From Candidatus Obscuribacteraceae bacterium (lineage in GTDB: Bacteria; Cyanobacteriota; Vampirovibrionia; Obscuribacterales; Obscuribacteraceae), in the NCBI GenBank assembly GCA_044229845.1, contig JBGASG010000001.1, positions 640,001-704,000 of the forward strand: a stretch of 64,000 nt of DNA. The letters run 5' to 3'. How positions within the stretch are numbered: position 1 is the first letter of the stretch; each line of letters begins with the position of its first letter. Positions 42,901 through 51,579 of the stretch are shown here, piece after piece. The notes beneath the pieces were generated by a model that saw only the letters and a program-made list of their open reading frames with translations, was not told the DNA's origin and made no database searches. Both the position numbers and the translations under genes were made by a program.

Positions 42901-44872
42901 GCGGTTGGATGCGGCTGTGCCTCCGGCAGAGCAAACGACGATTCAGCAAACGTTGAACACGTTGCAAACCAACTTCGATACTGCGATGGCAGCGCTGAAG
43001 CCGGAAGTAAAAGGTCCGTTGACGCAAGCTTACGCTCAATATCAGCAAGACAAAGTCACGATTGGGCAGAAGTACCTGCAAGCGATTCCGACCTTCCAGA
43101 CCGATCTGCAAGCGGTCGTCTCCGGCACTCAACCTAACTCTCAGGAACGTGCCAAGGCGCTCAACGACCTGCAAGTCAAATACATGGCTCAAGTGGAAGC
43201 CGACCAGCGCTATCAAGCTGAACTCGCCACTGCCTACACCAATCGCTTCGGTCAATTAAAGTCCATGGATCCGGGCATTGATGCAGTCATGAACGCCCAG
43301 AAGGCACTCGACGACTACACCAGCGGCAAGGATCCAACCAAACCGAATCAAACACCGCAGGAGCAACAGGCTCTGGCAAACAAGATCGGCATGATGGACG
43401 GCTATATGACCGCCACCAAAGATCTTGATGCTCTCGAGCACGCAGCCGCAGTGGTACAAAGCTACCAGGCGCGCGCCCTCTTGCTCTCAGCTAATCCGCA
43501 AGACCGTGCCAAGTCGCTCGAACTGATGCAACAGTCGACTCAAGACGCGGGCGCAGCTCAATACCTGGCGTTGCCCAACAACGAATACCAGGCTGCCGCC
43601 TACATGGGCGCAGCTGCCACGCAAGTCATGGCCGGCAACGCACCGGTTGAACTGTTTGGTTCCATGGTCCCGGGTAGCGGCGCAGTCATGCGCGGTATTG
43701 CCGGAGCCACCAATGGTTACATCGGCGGCAGCCGTCTGGAAAACCAGAACGCAGCCACCCTGGCGCTTGCCGAATCCTGGAAGTACGATCCTAAGTTCAC
43801 GCAAGCTCAAATCGCACAAGTCACCGCTCAGGGCGACGCAGCCGGCAACGGATTGCTCGGTGATGTCAGCGCGCTCGTCGGTTACGGTGGCACTTATGTA
43901 GGCTTGAGCAAGTTCACCCCATTGCCGGGTTGGGCCAAGGTCGGTATATCGGTAGTCGCTGCCGGTGGTACCAGAGACATGGTCACCGATGGCAAGTTTG
44001 ATGGACCAATCAATGATCCTGGTAACTACGCCAGAGCCGGCTTGGTTGGCTTGGGCGGACACTACGCCTACAGAACCTTGTTGGGCGATTGGGCTCTGAC
44101 TGCCGAAGGTACTGCCGCGGCGAGAATGCTGGAAGCACAAAAAGCCGGCACTCCAATTGCCTATGAAGGCAGCAAGCTCACTCAGATGTATCTGGGCACC
44201 AAGAGCACTCTCGGTGCATACCTGAATCCGAAGAACATGCTCACCGGTGCATTGCCGCTTGAGCAGGCGCCATTGATCGGGCGCTTCTTCAATCCGGTTA
44301 CCGCAGCTACACTCGATGCCGCTGCAGCCAAGGGAGCAGCTGAGTTCATAGCTGCGTCGAAGGCGGCCGGAGCGCAGTCCTACTTCCGCACAGTCGGTAC
44401 GTCGTTCGTCATTGGCGCCCAACTCGAAGGCGGCAAGCTGATCACGGGCGAAGACAAGTTCACGACCATGGGCGACGCTATGACCAAGATGCGCAACGCC
44501 GGCTTGATGTCGGGACTCACATCCGGCGTCCTGGTGCCGATGGCGACCATGATTCCGAAGTGGGGCTTCAGCAAGGTTCCAGGCATCAATACTTTGATTG
44601 CCAGCGATACCGCAGGAGCGATCTACGCCTTCGGTCGAACCTATGCCTCCGACTTCTCGCAAGCCAGCATGGATTGGTCCATGGCACGCGATATGAAGGT
44701 CGCGTCCGCTGCCGCGCAGAACCAGCAAGACCTGGCCAAAGCTCTAAAGGATGCCAACCCAGGCATGACCGACACCGAAGCTCAGGCTCGTGCATTGATG
44801 GTTCGCCAGATGCAACAAGGTGCCAAACAGCGTCAGGCAGCCGCAGCAGCTAACAAGCCTGCAGGCGGTTAA
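39953..44872 (+). CDS. Giant hypothetical protein A2 (1639 aa), paralog of A1 with inserted repeat domains
   Basis: GAGGA SD; collinear with A1; two ~75-aa beta-rich inserts, a Q8 tract, hydrophobic Gly-rich C-terminus. Confidence 0.88.
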   Translation: MSDNPEQGKAKPGQGTEVERTSGTTGDGATTDPLDQYRYTGSPEEVGRTGGADAAERQQFRREAHDKLNPIITSLESGRNNMQALHELAAAGQGPGTKAYDDAFKAAKGAYFQAIDQASKMLYDTDAEGRLTPNKFYKDVEAERVRLQADMAAAKDKNPAEYQRLAQENAMLGDVLRANGYAHANFGLALVRSSVYLPKAERDKQMEQGNQMLMLASRYDKYMMGDPPNVPPDPNFMKHRDAIMKVVNETPYKDGGTRPGGDTPPPTATVPDRIQSTNQQANTVDIFTKNPDGSYTHTQFKPLPAGQQGPPTPTLNEKVTDVKANADGTFSYKNPKGEVVSMKPDQPLTPAPGPGTQTTGELPQGYKLRTAGSQSFIDGQDISVPTGKTVLKLDGQTADPNDPLAIAQTGDLDKAIAAADALDKVPLITQITALKGQLGPLQASLKQAMDAAKADPKNPLNKYVNDSERINGEQTALRTKMADLVKSGLPTDGTAPTQQQQQQQQALAWMWANVNTTADLQKFLTATTPPELKAMADAAKSHAKWAEINSSFGQFLNNKTALGALEDGLKNNPATKDFYDKKMQLIQGTQQLNYLTQLYISPITLREARVDQLTADPEVQALIKAQDKANFPQKDDPEVKAIRQRVNELINMQAKPEQGLLDLQKALGDASTSTVPPQTDNTGGAQPDRLVSTSADKTTQDVFTKNPDGTYTHQQLKLLPAGQQGAPQVLGTEKVTEVKVNPDGTFSFKRPSGEVGTLKSDAPATVPPTTTPDIDPATGKPREVNRTGDVTNLPPDVAAKIKDLPNVEKAFSGAAIAFSEVAALQRFATEVKLLREFDAKVKAMPEADRTPENIAKLQREVMKQDEFMSVMYGPDAGPQGNPPGRPDLYKQIDQAIAESQQRNFSTSPYLAQKYVQAPDPNDASKTVNPRPNLANEVKLDPTGKYLAEIPADVRKFFDEANKVLADNKDIPGSVAAQRAVYKQRLDAAVPPAEQTTIQQTLNTLQTNFDTAMAALKPEVKGPLTQAYAQYQQDKVTIGQKYLQAIPTFQTDLQAVVSGTQPNSQERAKALNDLQVKYMAQVEADQRYQAELATAYTNRFGQLKSMDPGIDAVMNAQKALDDYTSGKDPTKPNQTPQEQQALANKIGMMDGYMTATKDLDALEHAAAVVQSYQARALLLSANPQDRAKSLELMQQSTQDAGAAQYLALPNNEYQAAAYMGAAATQVMAGNAPVELFGSMVPGSGAVMRGIAGATNGYIGGSRLENQNAATLALAESWKYDPKFTQAQIAQVTAQGDAAGNGLLGDVSALVGYGGTYVGLSKFTPLPGWAKVGISVVAAGGTRDMVTDGKFDGPINDPGNYARAGLVGLGGHYAYRTLLGDWALTAEGTAAARMLEAQKAGTPIAYEGSKLTQMYLGTKSTLGAYLNPKNMLTGALPLEQAPLIGRFFNPVTAATLDAAAAKGAAEFIAASKAAGAQSYFRTVGTSFVIGAQLEGGKLITGEDKFTTMGDAMTKMRNAGLMSGLTSGVLVPMATMIPKWGFSKVPGINTLIASDTAGAIYAFGRTYASDFSQASMDWSMARDMKVASAAAQNQQDLAKALKDANPGMTDTEAQARALMVRQMQQGAKQRQAAAAANKPAGG

Positions 44873-44885
44873 GCCGACTCCGGTC

Positions 44886-44935
44886 TGAACCGAACTGAAC
44901 TGAACTGAACTGAACTGAACTGAACTGAACTGAAC
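44886..44935 (+). repeat. Pentanucleotide microsatellite (TGAAC)x10
   Basis: TGAAC, CGAAC, then eight perfect TGAAC units (44896-44935); starts 13 nt after the A2 stop. Confidence 0.95.
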
Positions 44936-44979
44936 AGCTGAGTCTGCGCTTGCACCGTTTTGGTGTAGGAAACCAGTTT

Positions 44980-45025
44980 TTGCACTCGAAACGGCTCAAG
45001 AAGCCAGCTTCGAGTGCAATTTTTT
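44980..45025 (+). terminator. Intrinsic terminator after A2
   Basis: TTGCACTCGAA...GGCT-CAAGA-AGCC...TTCGAGTGCAA followed by TTTTTT. Confidence 0.7.
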
Positions 45026-45296
45026 GGCAGCCAGATTAATCCCGCAGAATTAAGGCGAATGTCAAGAGAATGCCGGACTGGCGAACCATACTGAGGAAGG
45101 TTTTCCAGGTTTGTGCTGTGGAGCCGGTAAGGCGCGAATGGGTTGCCTATGTCCGACATTAAAAGTGGCAGGTTCGTGAAATTAAGGTTCGTATTTTTCC
45201 CAATCGTGTCCAGGAATGCCCACGGCTGTATAGATTCAAGCACCCCGCCAAAGGGCATACATTTAATATCTCTAGAAAATAGGCTTACTAAAAGAG

Positions 45297-47906
45297 ATGA
45301 CGGACAAACCTGTTTGGATTATTGAACCGAAAGAGTCGGGCACCGGCGCTGCGAAACAGCCCGTTGAAGATCACTCCGGCAACACCCCCTCGTTGTTGTC
45401 CGTTGCCGATCAGCCGGTCGTTCGCACCGCCGGTAGTGACGCTGGTGACAAGCCTGCGCCTGCTGTCCAGACAGCCGGACGCGATCCGCAGCAGTTTCTT
45501 GACGAGATCAAACAACAGAAAGCCACATTGGCGAGCCTCTATGACACCAATGGCAATCTCGTAGACAAAACCTATAAAGTCGAAGGTCACGAAGTTCCCG
45601 CCGCGGCTTATCGCGATTACCTGGTCACCAAGATCAGCACCAATTATCAAGGCGCCATCGATGCGGCCAAAGCCAATCAGTATGCCGGCAACGATGCGCG
45701 TCTGGCTAATACCCAGGCATCGGCCGTTCAGCTCATGCAACAACTGAAAGATCAGTATGGTATCGAACTGCCCACCGGATATGGTGGCAAGCTCACCACC
45801 TACACGGTCGAGCAGCAAATGGCCGCCACGACTAATCCTGGCGCCAAGCAAGTGTTGCAGCAATTGCACGACGCCATCACCGGACATACTGATGCGGCGC
45901 GCAATCAGAACATGCCGGACCACACCACCATGGAATACGCGGACTTTCTGCGCAGCGTCGGTCTGACCAAGCAAGCCGATAACCTGCTGAAAGGCATCGA
46001 TACCAATACCGTTACTCGCAACTCGATGCAGTACGAGCAACTCTCCGATCAAATCAAGAACGATTTTGCCAATCAGCGCGAACAGCTGGTTCCCAAAGAC
46101 CAAGATCCGCTGGTCACGCTTGATGATGCCGTGAAGAAACTCCAGGCTGGCGACACTGCCGGAGCCGAAGCGGCTTTCGCAAAAGCTTACCAACAATACG
46201 ATCAACTTCCGAAGGACAAGATTCAAGCTGAGATCAAACGCTTGACCGATGCTCAAGATGCAATCGACAAGCAAGTGAAAGAAATGAGCGACGCCGGCAC
46301 TTTGTACCCGCCGCAAGCCGCTGCTTTCGAACAACAGAAAAATCAGTTGACCGTCATTCAAGCTAACTGGGAACAGCTTAAAGCCTCCAAGCAGACTATC
46401 GAATTGGAACACGCCCACTACCTCTTGAATCAGAGCCCCAACAAAGGCACGATCGAAACCCGTCACAAAGCACTGGAAATGCTCGACGACGTTCGCTATT
46501 CGGAAAACGGCAAGATTGCCATGATGTTCGAGTTTTCGATGCGCGGTGAACAGCGTTTCTCGCAAGATCTGATGCTGGCTGCCGAAGGTAAGCCGCAATC
46601 AGCTCAAGCCATGCAGCAATGGGGCGGATCGATGGCAGAAGCCGCCAAGCTTTTGCAAGAAGCTGATGCCCTCAAAGACAAAGATGAGAAGGCAGCCAGC
46701 ATCAAATATCAACAGGCGCGCATGAATGCCGAGAACGCGCTCGGCTTTGCCGAACACATCGACGTCAACGAAGCGAAGTACACTGAAGAGCAGACCAAGA
46801 AAAACATTCAACGAATTCGCGACGAAGAAAAGGCCAAGCCGGCCGGAGAGCGCAACGAACAGAAGATTGCTCTTCTCGACCACATGTTGAAGCCGAAGAA
46901 AGACCAGGACCCAGCCACCATGGCTCTTCTGGACAACCTTTTGCAGCCGGCCGAAAAAATCGATCAGTCCAAACTGAAGCAGCTCAAAGATATTCTCAAA
47001 GATGATTACAGCATGATGGAAGTGGCGCAACTGCATGCCACGCTCGCCGATTCGCAAGCGCGCGAGTTCGCGGCGAACAGCGCCCGAATGCTGATGCTCC
47101 AGGTCGACTGTAATACCGGCAAAGCTGAGAACAACCCCCTTACTAAAGAAATTGAAGACCACGATCCGGACGGCAGCTTCCGCGCTCAGATGGACTGGGG
47201 ACAAGTCAAAGAAGCGACGCGGGATATTGCATGGTATGAGCACCTCTGGAACGGCATCAAAGACATCGGTATCGGCATTATCTCCGGTCTGGTGGCTGTC
47301 GGCACATTTGTTGTCGTCACCGGCGCCTCGGTCGGTTGGGGCGCACCCGCCGGCGTAGCCCTGGGTCTGGCTGCCGGCACCGCGACTTACACAGCATTGC
47401 ATGCCGCCGCGGGGGACAAGATAACCTGGTGGACTCCGGTCGAGGGTGTAGTCACCTCTGCGGCCGCATTGGCCACTATGGGCACCGGTAGTGCCATTGC
47501 CGGCTCTTTCGGCAAATCTGCTGTCGGCCGCATAGGCACGTACTTCGTAGCCGGTATGGCCGGCGATGCCACTTATAACTTCGGTATGGGCGGCGTCCGC
47601 TACGGACAAGGTGTGTACGCCGACTTCGGCACCGCCATGAAGTCGTCGGCTCTGCAAACGGCCGCCGATGCACCGATGGTGCTTCTGACCGCTGGTATTG
47701 CTGGAAAAGTTGGCGCCAAACCTTACCAGTCACAATTCGCCAGCCAACTCGGATTGGATGTAAATCCCTCGGTGGCCCGCCAGGTCTTCAGTCAGTGGGG
47801 CGCGCTCAGTGTCGCTTACTTGCCGGCAGTGGCTCCGAAATTCAAAACCGATGCCCAACTCGATCGCATGATCGATGCCCGCAATCAACGCAATCAGCCT
47901 AAGTAA
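45297..47906 (+). CDS. Large hypothetical protein B1 (869 aa), helical with C-terminal Gly-rich TM hairpins; tandem paralog of B2
   Basis: Shares ANQY.GNDAR.AN, YGIEL.TG.GGKLT.YTVEQQ, TMEYADFLR..GLTKQA, EIEHAHYLLN.SPNK, MLDDVRYS and FSQWG with B2; hydrophobic GxxxG segments near 47256-47400. Confidence 0.88.
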   Translation: MTDKPVWIIEPKESGTGAAKQPVEDHSGNTPSLLSVADQPVVRTAGSDAGDKPAPAVQTAGRDPQQFLDEIKQQKATLASLYDTNGNLVDKTYKVEGHEVPAAAYRDYLVTKISTNYQGAIDAAKANQYAGNDARLANTQASAVQLMQQLKDQYGIELPTGYGGKLTTYTVEQQMAATTNPGAKQVLQQLHDAITGHTDAARNQNMPDHTTMEYADFLRSVGLTKQADNLLKGIDTNTVTRNSMQYEQLSDQIKNDFANQREQLVPKDQDPLVTLDDAVKKLQAGDTAGAEAAFAKAYQQYDQLPKDKIQAEIKRLTDAQDAIDKQVKEMSDAGTLYPPQAAAFEQQKNQLTVIQANWEQLKASKQTIELEHAHYLLNQSPNKGTIETRHKALEMLDDVRYSENGKIAMMFEFSMRGEQRFSQDLMLAAEGKPQSAQAMQQWGGSMAEAAKLLQEADALKDKDEKAASIKYQQARMNAENALGFAEHIDVNEAKYTEEQTKKNIQRIRDEEKAKPAGERNEQKIALLDHMLKPKKDQDPATMALLDNLLQPAEKIDQSKLKQLKDILKDDYSMMEVAQLHATLADSQAREFAANSARMLMLQVDCNTGKAENNPLTKEIEDHDPDGSFRAQMDWGQVKEATRDIAWYEHLWNGIKDIGIGIISGLVAVGTFVVVTGASVGWGAPAGVALGLAAGTATYTALHAAAGDKITWWTPVEGVVTSAAALATMGTGSAIAGSFGKSAVGRIGTYFVAGMAGDATYNFGMGGVRYGQGVYADFGTAMKSSALQTAADAPMVLLTAGIAGKVGAKPYQSQFASQLGLDVNPSVARQVFSQWGALSVAYLPAVAPKFKTDAQLDRMIDARNQRNQPK

Positions 47907-48087
47907 GCAGCCGGTACAGCTTCGAGCGTATTACGCTATACCGGGACTTTTTCCCAGGCAGCATTCGAGCGAACGCCATCACTTAATTCCACATTGTCCA
48001 GAAACTGTCGGCAATGGTATAGATTAGGACGGGGCTTGCTATCGGGAATGAACGACCCATTCACCGATAATAATAAGGCTTGCCCAC

Positions 48088-50709
48088 ATGACAGAAACAT
48101 CATGGATGCTTGCGCCTGAAAAAGCATCCGGCGTTGACAAAGACAAACCCCTGCCGACTTCGCTTCTGGCACTGGCTGACGCACCGGTGACGCGCACCGG
48201 CGGAGATGCCCTTCAACTGCCTGGCACTCCAGGCACCGAAGCCAAACCTGTCATCGACGTCAATCAGCTGCGTGAAGCGATTGCCATCGAGAAAGCCAAT
48301 CTGGCTCGTCTGTTCGATGAGAAGGGCGACCTCAAGCCCGGCACGATCACCGAGAACGAACAGAAACTTACTACCGAGCAGTATCGCGACATGATTCTGT
48401 CCAGAATCAGTCTCATGTACGAAACCGGCATCGACAACGCCAGAGCGAATCAGTATCCAGGCAACGATGCGCGCATTGCTAACGGATTTCGCAATGCCGA
48501 TGTCATCCAGAAAGAACTGAAGGAAAAATATGGAATCGAGCTGCAAACCGGCTTCGGCGGCAAACTGACTTCCTACACCGTCGAACAACAGATCAATGTG
48601 ACTACCAATGCCGAAGCCCGCAAGCTTTTAGGTGAATTGCAGTCCAGCATTCGCGGCATCAATCAGGCTGCCGTAAATCAGAATGCACCGGACAGACTGA
48701 CTATGGAGTATGCAGATTTTCTGCGCACCATCGGTTTGACCAAACAAGCCGAGACTTTGCTCAGTGATGTCGGACGAAATAGTGCCACTCGATACTCAAA
48801 ACAGTTTGAAGACCTGAACGAGAAGATTCTCAAAGACTTCGCTACCGCGCGCAGTAAAGTTGTTCCGCGCGAGCAGGATCCCTTCGATAGTCTGGGACAA
48901 GCACGGGCTGCCATCGCCCGCGGTGATAGCAAAGGTGCGGAGGCGGCGTATGCGCAAGCTTACGACCGCATCGCCAAATTGCCCAAGGACAAAATCGAAG
49001 CCGAAGCTAAGCGCTTGATAGAAGCGCAAGACTCTGTCGATAAGCAAATGGCGGAAATGAAGGAACAAGGCCTATTGACCCCGGCCAAGCAGGCCCAGCT
49101 GCAGTTTCAAAAGCAAAATCTTATGATGTTGCAGTCGGTCTGGGAAGAGTTTCTTCTCGCGAAGCAGTTCGTCGAGATCGAACATGCGCATTACCTGCTC
49201 AACAACAGTCCCAACAAGGATAAGACTGAAACCAAGCGTGCCGCGCTCGACATGCTCGACGATGTGCGTTATTCGGACAAAGGCAAGATTGCTTTGCTGC
49301 GCCACATGCAGCTGCGCGGCGAAGGCGACTTTTCGCGCGACATTGTCCTGGCATCTCAAGGCAAGCCTGATCAAATGACGGCATTTACTCAATACAACGA
49401 TTCCATGGCCAAGTCGGCAAAGTTGATGGCCGAGGCGCACGCGATCATGGAAAAGAACGAAGAGGAAGCGTCTAAGAAACTGCAGCAGGCCAGAATGAAT
49501 GCTGAAAACGCTGAGTCGTTCGCCTCGCACATCGACGTCAATGAAGCGCGGCAGATGGGCGAGCAGACCAGAAAAAACATTCGCCGCCTGATCGATGAAG
49601 AGAAAGCCAAGCCCGATGCCAGCCGTAACCAGAGCAAAGTGGCATTGCTGGAGCACCTTCTCAAACCGATGAAGGATCGAGATTCTGCCACCATGGCATT
49701 GCTCGATAACGCTCTTCTGGGCGAGAAAGGAGACAAGGCAAAAGCCAAGCAATTGCGTGACATGCTCAAAGATGATCTGTCCATGATGGATGTTCTGCAA
49801 TTGCACGCAGCTCTGGTCGATGCGCACGGCATGGAACATGCAGCCAATAGCGCTCGTTTTGCCATGTTGCAAGTCGATGCCGAAACCGGAAAAGGGGAAG
49901 ACAATCCGCTCGTCAAAACGATTGAGGACAACGACCCGAACGGCACCTTCCGTGAGATGCTCAATTGGGCAGACGTCAAAGAGAAAACTCGTCATATCGA
50001 GTGGTACGAACGCCTCTGGCGCGGCACCAAAGATATATTCATCGGATTGGCATCCAGTCTGGTCGCCGCCGGCACGTTCGTGGTCTTGACCGGTTCGACC
50101 CTCGGTTTTGGTGCCCCCGTGGGCGTTGCCGGCGGCATCGCCACAGGGACTGCTACCTACTGCGGGCTGAAGAAACTATGCGGCGACGACTTGACCCTGG
50201 GCGATGTCGGCATGGGGGTTGTCAACTCTATTCCTGGAGTGGCGTTTGTCGGCGCTGGTCGGGCTTTACAGGGCGCGTCCATCATGCTCAAGATTCCGGG
50301 ATTTGCGCGCCCGGCGGCGACGCTGTTCCTGCAAGGCATGGCTGCCAACGCCAGTTACCATACGTCTTATGCCGGCTTGCAGTATGCGGAGGGCATACAT
50401 CCGGACATGCTCACTGCCCTTAAATCTGCCGGTTCGCGGACATTGAAGGACGTGCCGCAAGTAGCGTTATTCTCAGTTATCGGCGGCTTCGGCGGCGGAC
50501 AGGCAAGCAACGCCGCCAGTCGCGAGTTGGGCGTAAACATTTCCAGATCAGTTGCCAAAGACGTTTTCTCTCAGTGGGGACGCATGGGTTTGGCGTCCGA
50601 GCCGGCGCTGGCCATTCAACGCGCCAAAGACGCCAACGAAATAAACAGATACACGCGCATGATGCTCGAACAGCAGCGTAAACTCGATGAATTGTCAGGG
50701 CATCGGTAA
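48088..50709 (+). CDS. Large hypothetical protein B2 (873 aa), tandem paralog of B1
   Basis: Collinear with B1 along its whole length; hydrophobic Gly-rich segments near 50035-50500. Confidence 0.88.
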   Translation: MTETSWMLAPEKASGVDKDKPLPTSLLALADAPVTRTGGDALQLPGTPGTEAKPVIDVNQLREAIAIEKANLARLFDEKGDLKPGTITENEQKLTTEQYRDMILSRISLMYETGIDNARANQYPGNDARIANGFRNADVIQKELKEKYGIELQTGFGGKLTSYTVEQQINVTTNAEARKLLGELQSSIRGINQAAVNQNAPDRLTMEYADFLRTIGLTKQAETLLSDVGRNSATRYSKQFEDLNEKILKDFATARSKVVPREQDPFDSLGQARAAIARGDSKGAEAAYAQAYDRIAKLPKDKIEAEAKRLIEAQDSVDKQMAEMKEQGLLTPAKQAQLQFQKQNLMMLQSVWEEFLLAKQFVEIEHAHYLLNNSPNKDKTETKRAALDMLDDVRYSDKGKIALLRHMQLRGEGDFSRDIVLASQGKPDQMTAFTQYNDSMAKSAKLMAEAHAIMEKNEEEASKKLQQARMNAENAESFASHIDVNEARQMGEQTRKNIRRLIDEEKAKPDASRNQSKVALLEHLLKPMKDRDSATMALLDNALLGEKGDKAKAKQLRDMLKDDLSMMDVLQLHAALVDAHGMEHAANSARFAMLQVDAETGKGEDNPLVKTIEDNDPNGTFREMLNWADVKEKTRHIEWYERLWRGTKDIFIGLASSLVAAGTFVVLTGSTLGFGAPVGVAGGIATGTATYCGLKKLCGDDLTLGDVGMGVVNSIPGVAFVGAGRALQGASIMLKIPGFARPAATLFLQGMAANASYHTSYAGLQYAEGIHPDMLTALKSAGSRTLKDVPQVALFSVIGGFGGGQASNAASRELGVNISRSVAKDVFSQWGRMGLASEPALAIQRAKDANEINRYTRMMLEQQRKLDELSGHR

Positions 50710-50784
50710 CCATTTCGCCAGCTGAAGCGCTACCTTAAGCCGTTAGACGGCAAGAGCGCCAGTCAGGACGGTATACTTGACCAC

Positions 50785-51579
50785 ATGCCTGAATTGTCGG
50801 TGGTCATCCCCGCTTACAACGAAGAACACCGCCTGCCGACGACCCTGGAATCGGTACATGACTTCTTAAAGCAAACTGGTCATAGCTTTGAGGTCCTCGT
50901 TGTCGATGACGGCAGTCTCGACGGAACAACTCAGGTGGTAGAGAGCTTTGCGGAAAGTCATCCGGCTGTCCGCCTGGTCTCGTATCAGCCTAACCGGGGC
51001 AAGGGGCATGCGGTCCGTGTCGGCATGTTGGCGGCAGACGGCGATTTGGTGCTCATGAACGATGCCGACGGTGCATCGCCAATTGAAGAAGTGCAGCGAC
51101 TGATGAATGCCATCGCAGGTGGTGCAGATGTGGCAATCGGCTCGCGCGCTAAGCCGGATGAGACACGGGAAGTGAAAGCACTGGTGCACCGCAAATTTAT
51201 CGGCAACACCTTCAATCGCATCGTGCAGGCGTTGCTGCTGCCGGGCATTCAAGACACGCAGTGTGGTTTCAAGATATTCAAGCGCGAAGCCGCTCGCGAC
51301 ATCTTCTCGGTTCAGCGTACCAACGGTTATGGCTTTGACGTCGAGATTCTCTACATCGCCAAGCTGCATGGCTATCGCATCGCTGAAGTTCCGATAAACT
51401 GGGCGAACGTCGATGGGTCAAAGGTCAACGTACTGCTCGACTCTCCCAAGATGTTCGTGGAAGTGGTCCGTATCGCGTTTTCAGCCCTGTTTGGGCAGTA
51501 TAAACGTTTGCCAACCAACGTCCGTAACGGCGTTTCAAATCGCGACGCAGTTGGCAAAGAAATGGATAATGGAAGCTAG
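50785..51579 (+). CDS. Family 2 glycosyltransferase, polyprenyl-phosphate sugar synthase type (ALG5/DPM-like)
   Basis: LSVVIPAYNE, VVDDGS.D, NRGKG.AVR.G, DADG, DTQCGFK.F, FDVEIL, EVPI.W. Confidence 0.92.
   Translation: MPELSVVIPAYNEEHRLPTTLESVHDFLKQTGHSFEVLVVDDGSLDGTTQVVESFAESHPAVRLVSYQPNRGKGHAVRVGMLAADGDLVLMNDADGASPIEEVQRLMNAIAGGADVAIGSRAKPDETREVKALVHRKFIGNTFNRIVQALLLPGIQDTQCGFKIFKREAARDIFSVQRTNGYGFDVEILYIAKLHGYRIAEVPINWANVDGSKVNVLLDSPKMFVEVVRIAFSALFGQYKRLPTNVRNGVSNRDAVGKEMDNGS

Noticed and set aside
41411..44728. 614-aa and 413-aa minus-strand ORFs (and similar ones at 37047, 45288, 46599, 49072)
   Set aside because: Antisense shadows of the giant genes, whose sense frames are supported by paralogy.
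44886..44935. CRISPR array
   Set aside because: 5-nt tandem units with no spacers, and no cas genes in the window.
44869..45258. 129-aa ORF with FSSVQ repeats
   Set aside because: Only the antisense translation of the microsatellite and terminator region.
35727..50709. Prophage or mobile island (tape-measure-like proteins)
   Set aside because: No integrase, terminase, capsid or tail genes, no att repeats seen, and base composition looks like the flanks by eye.
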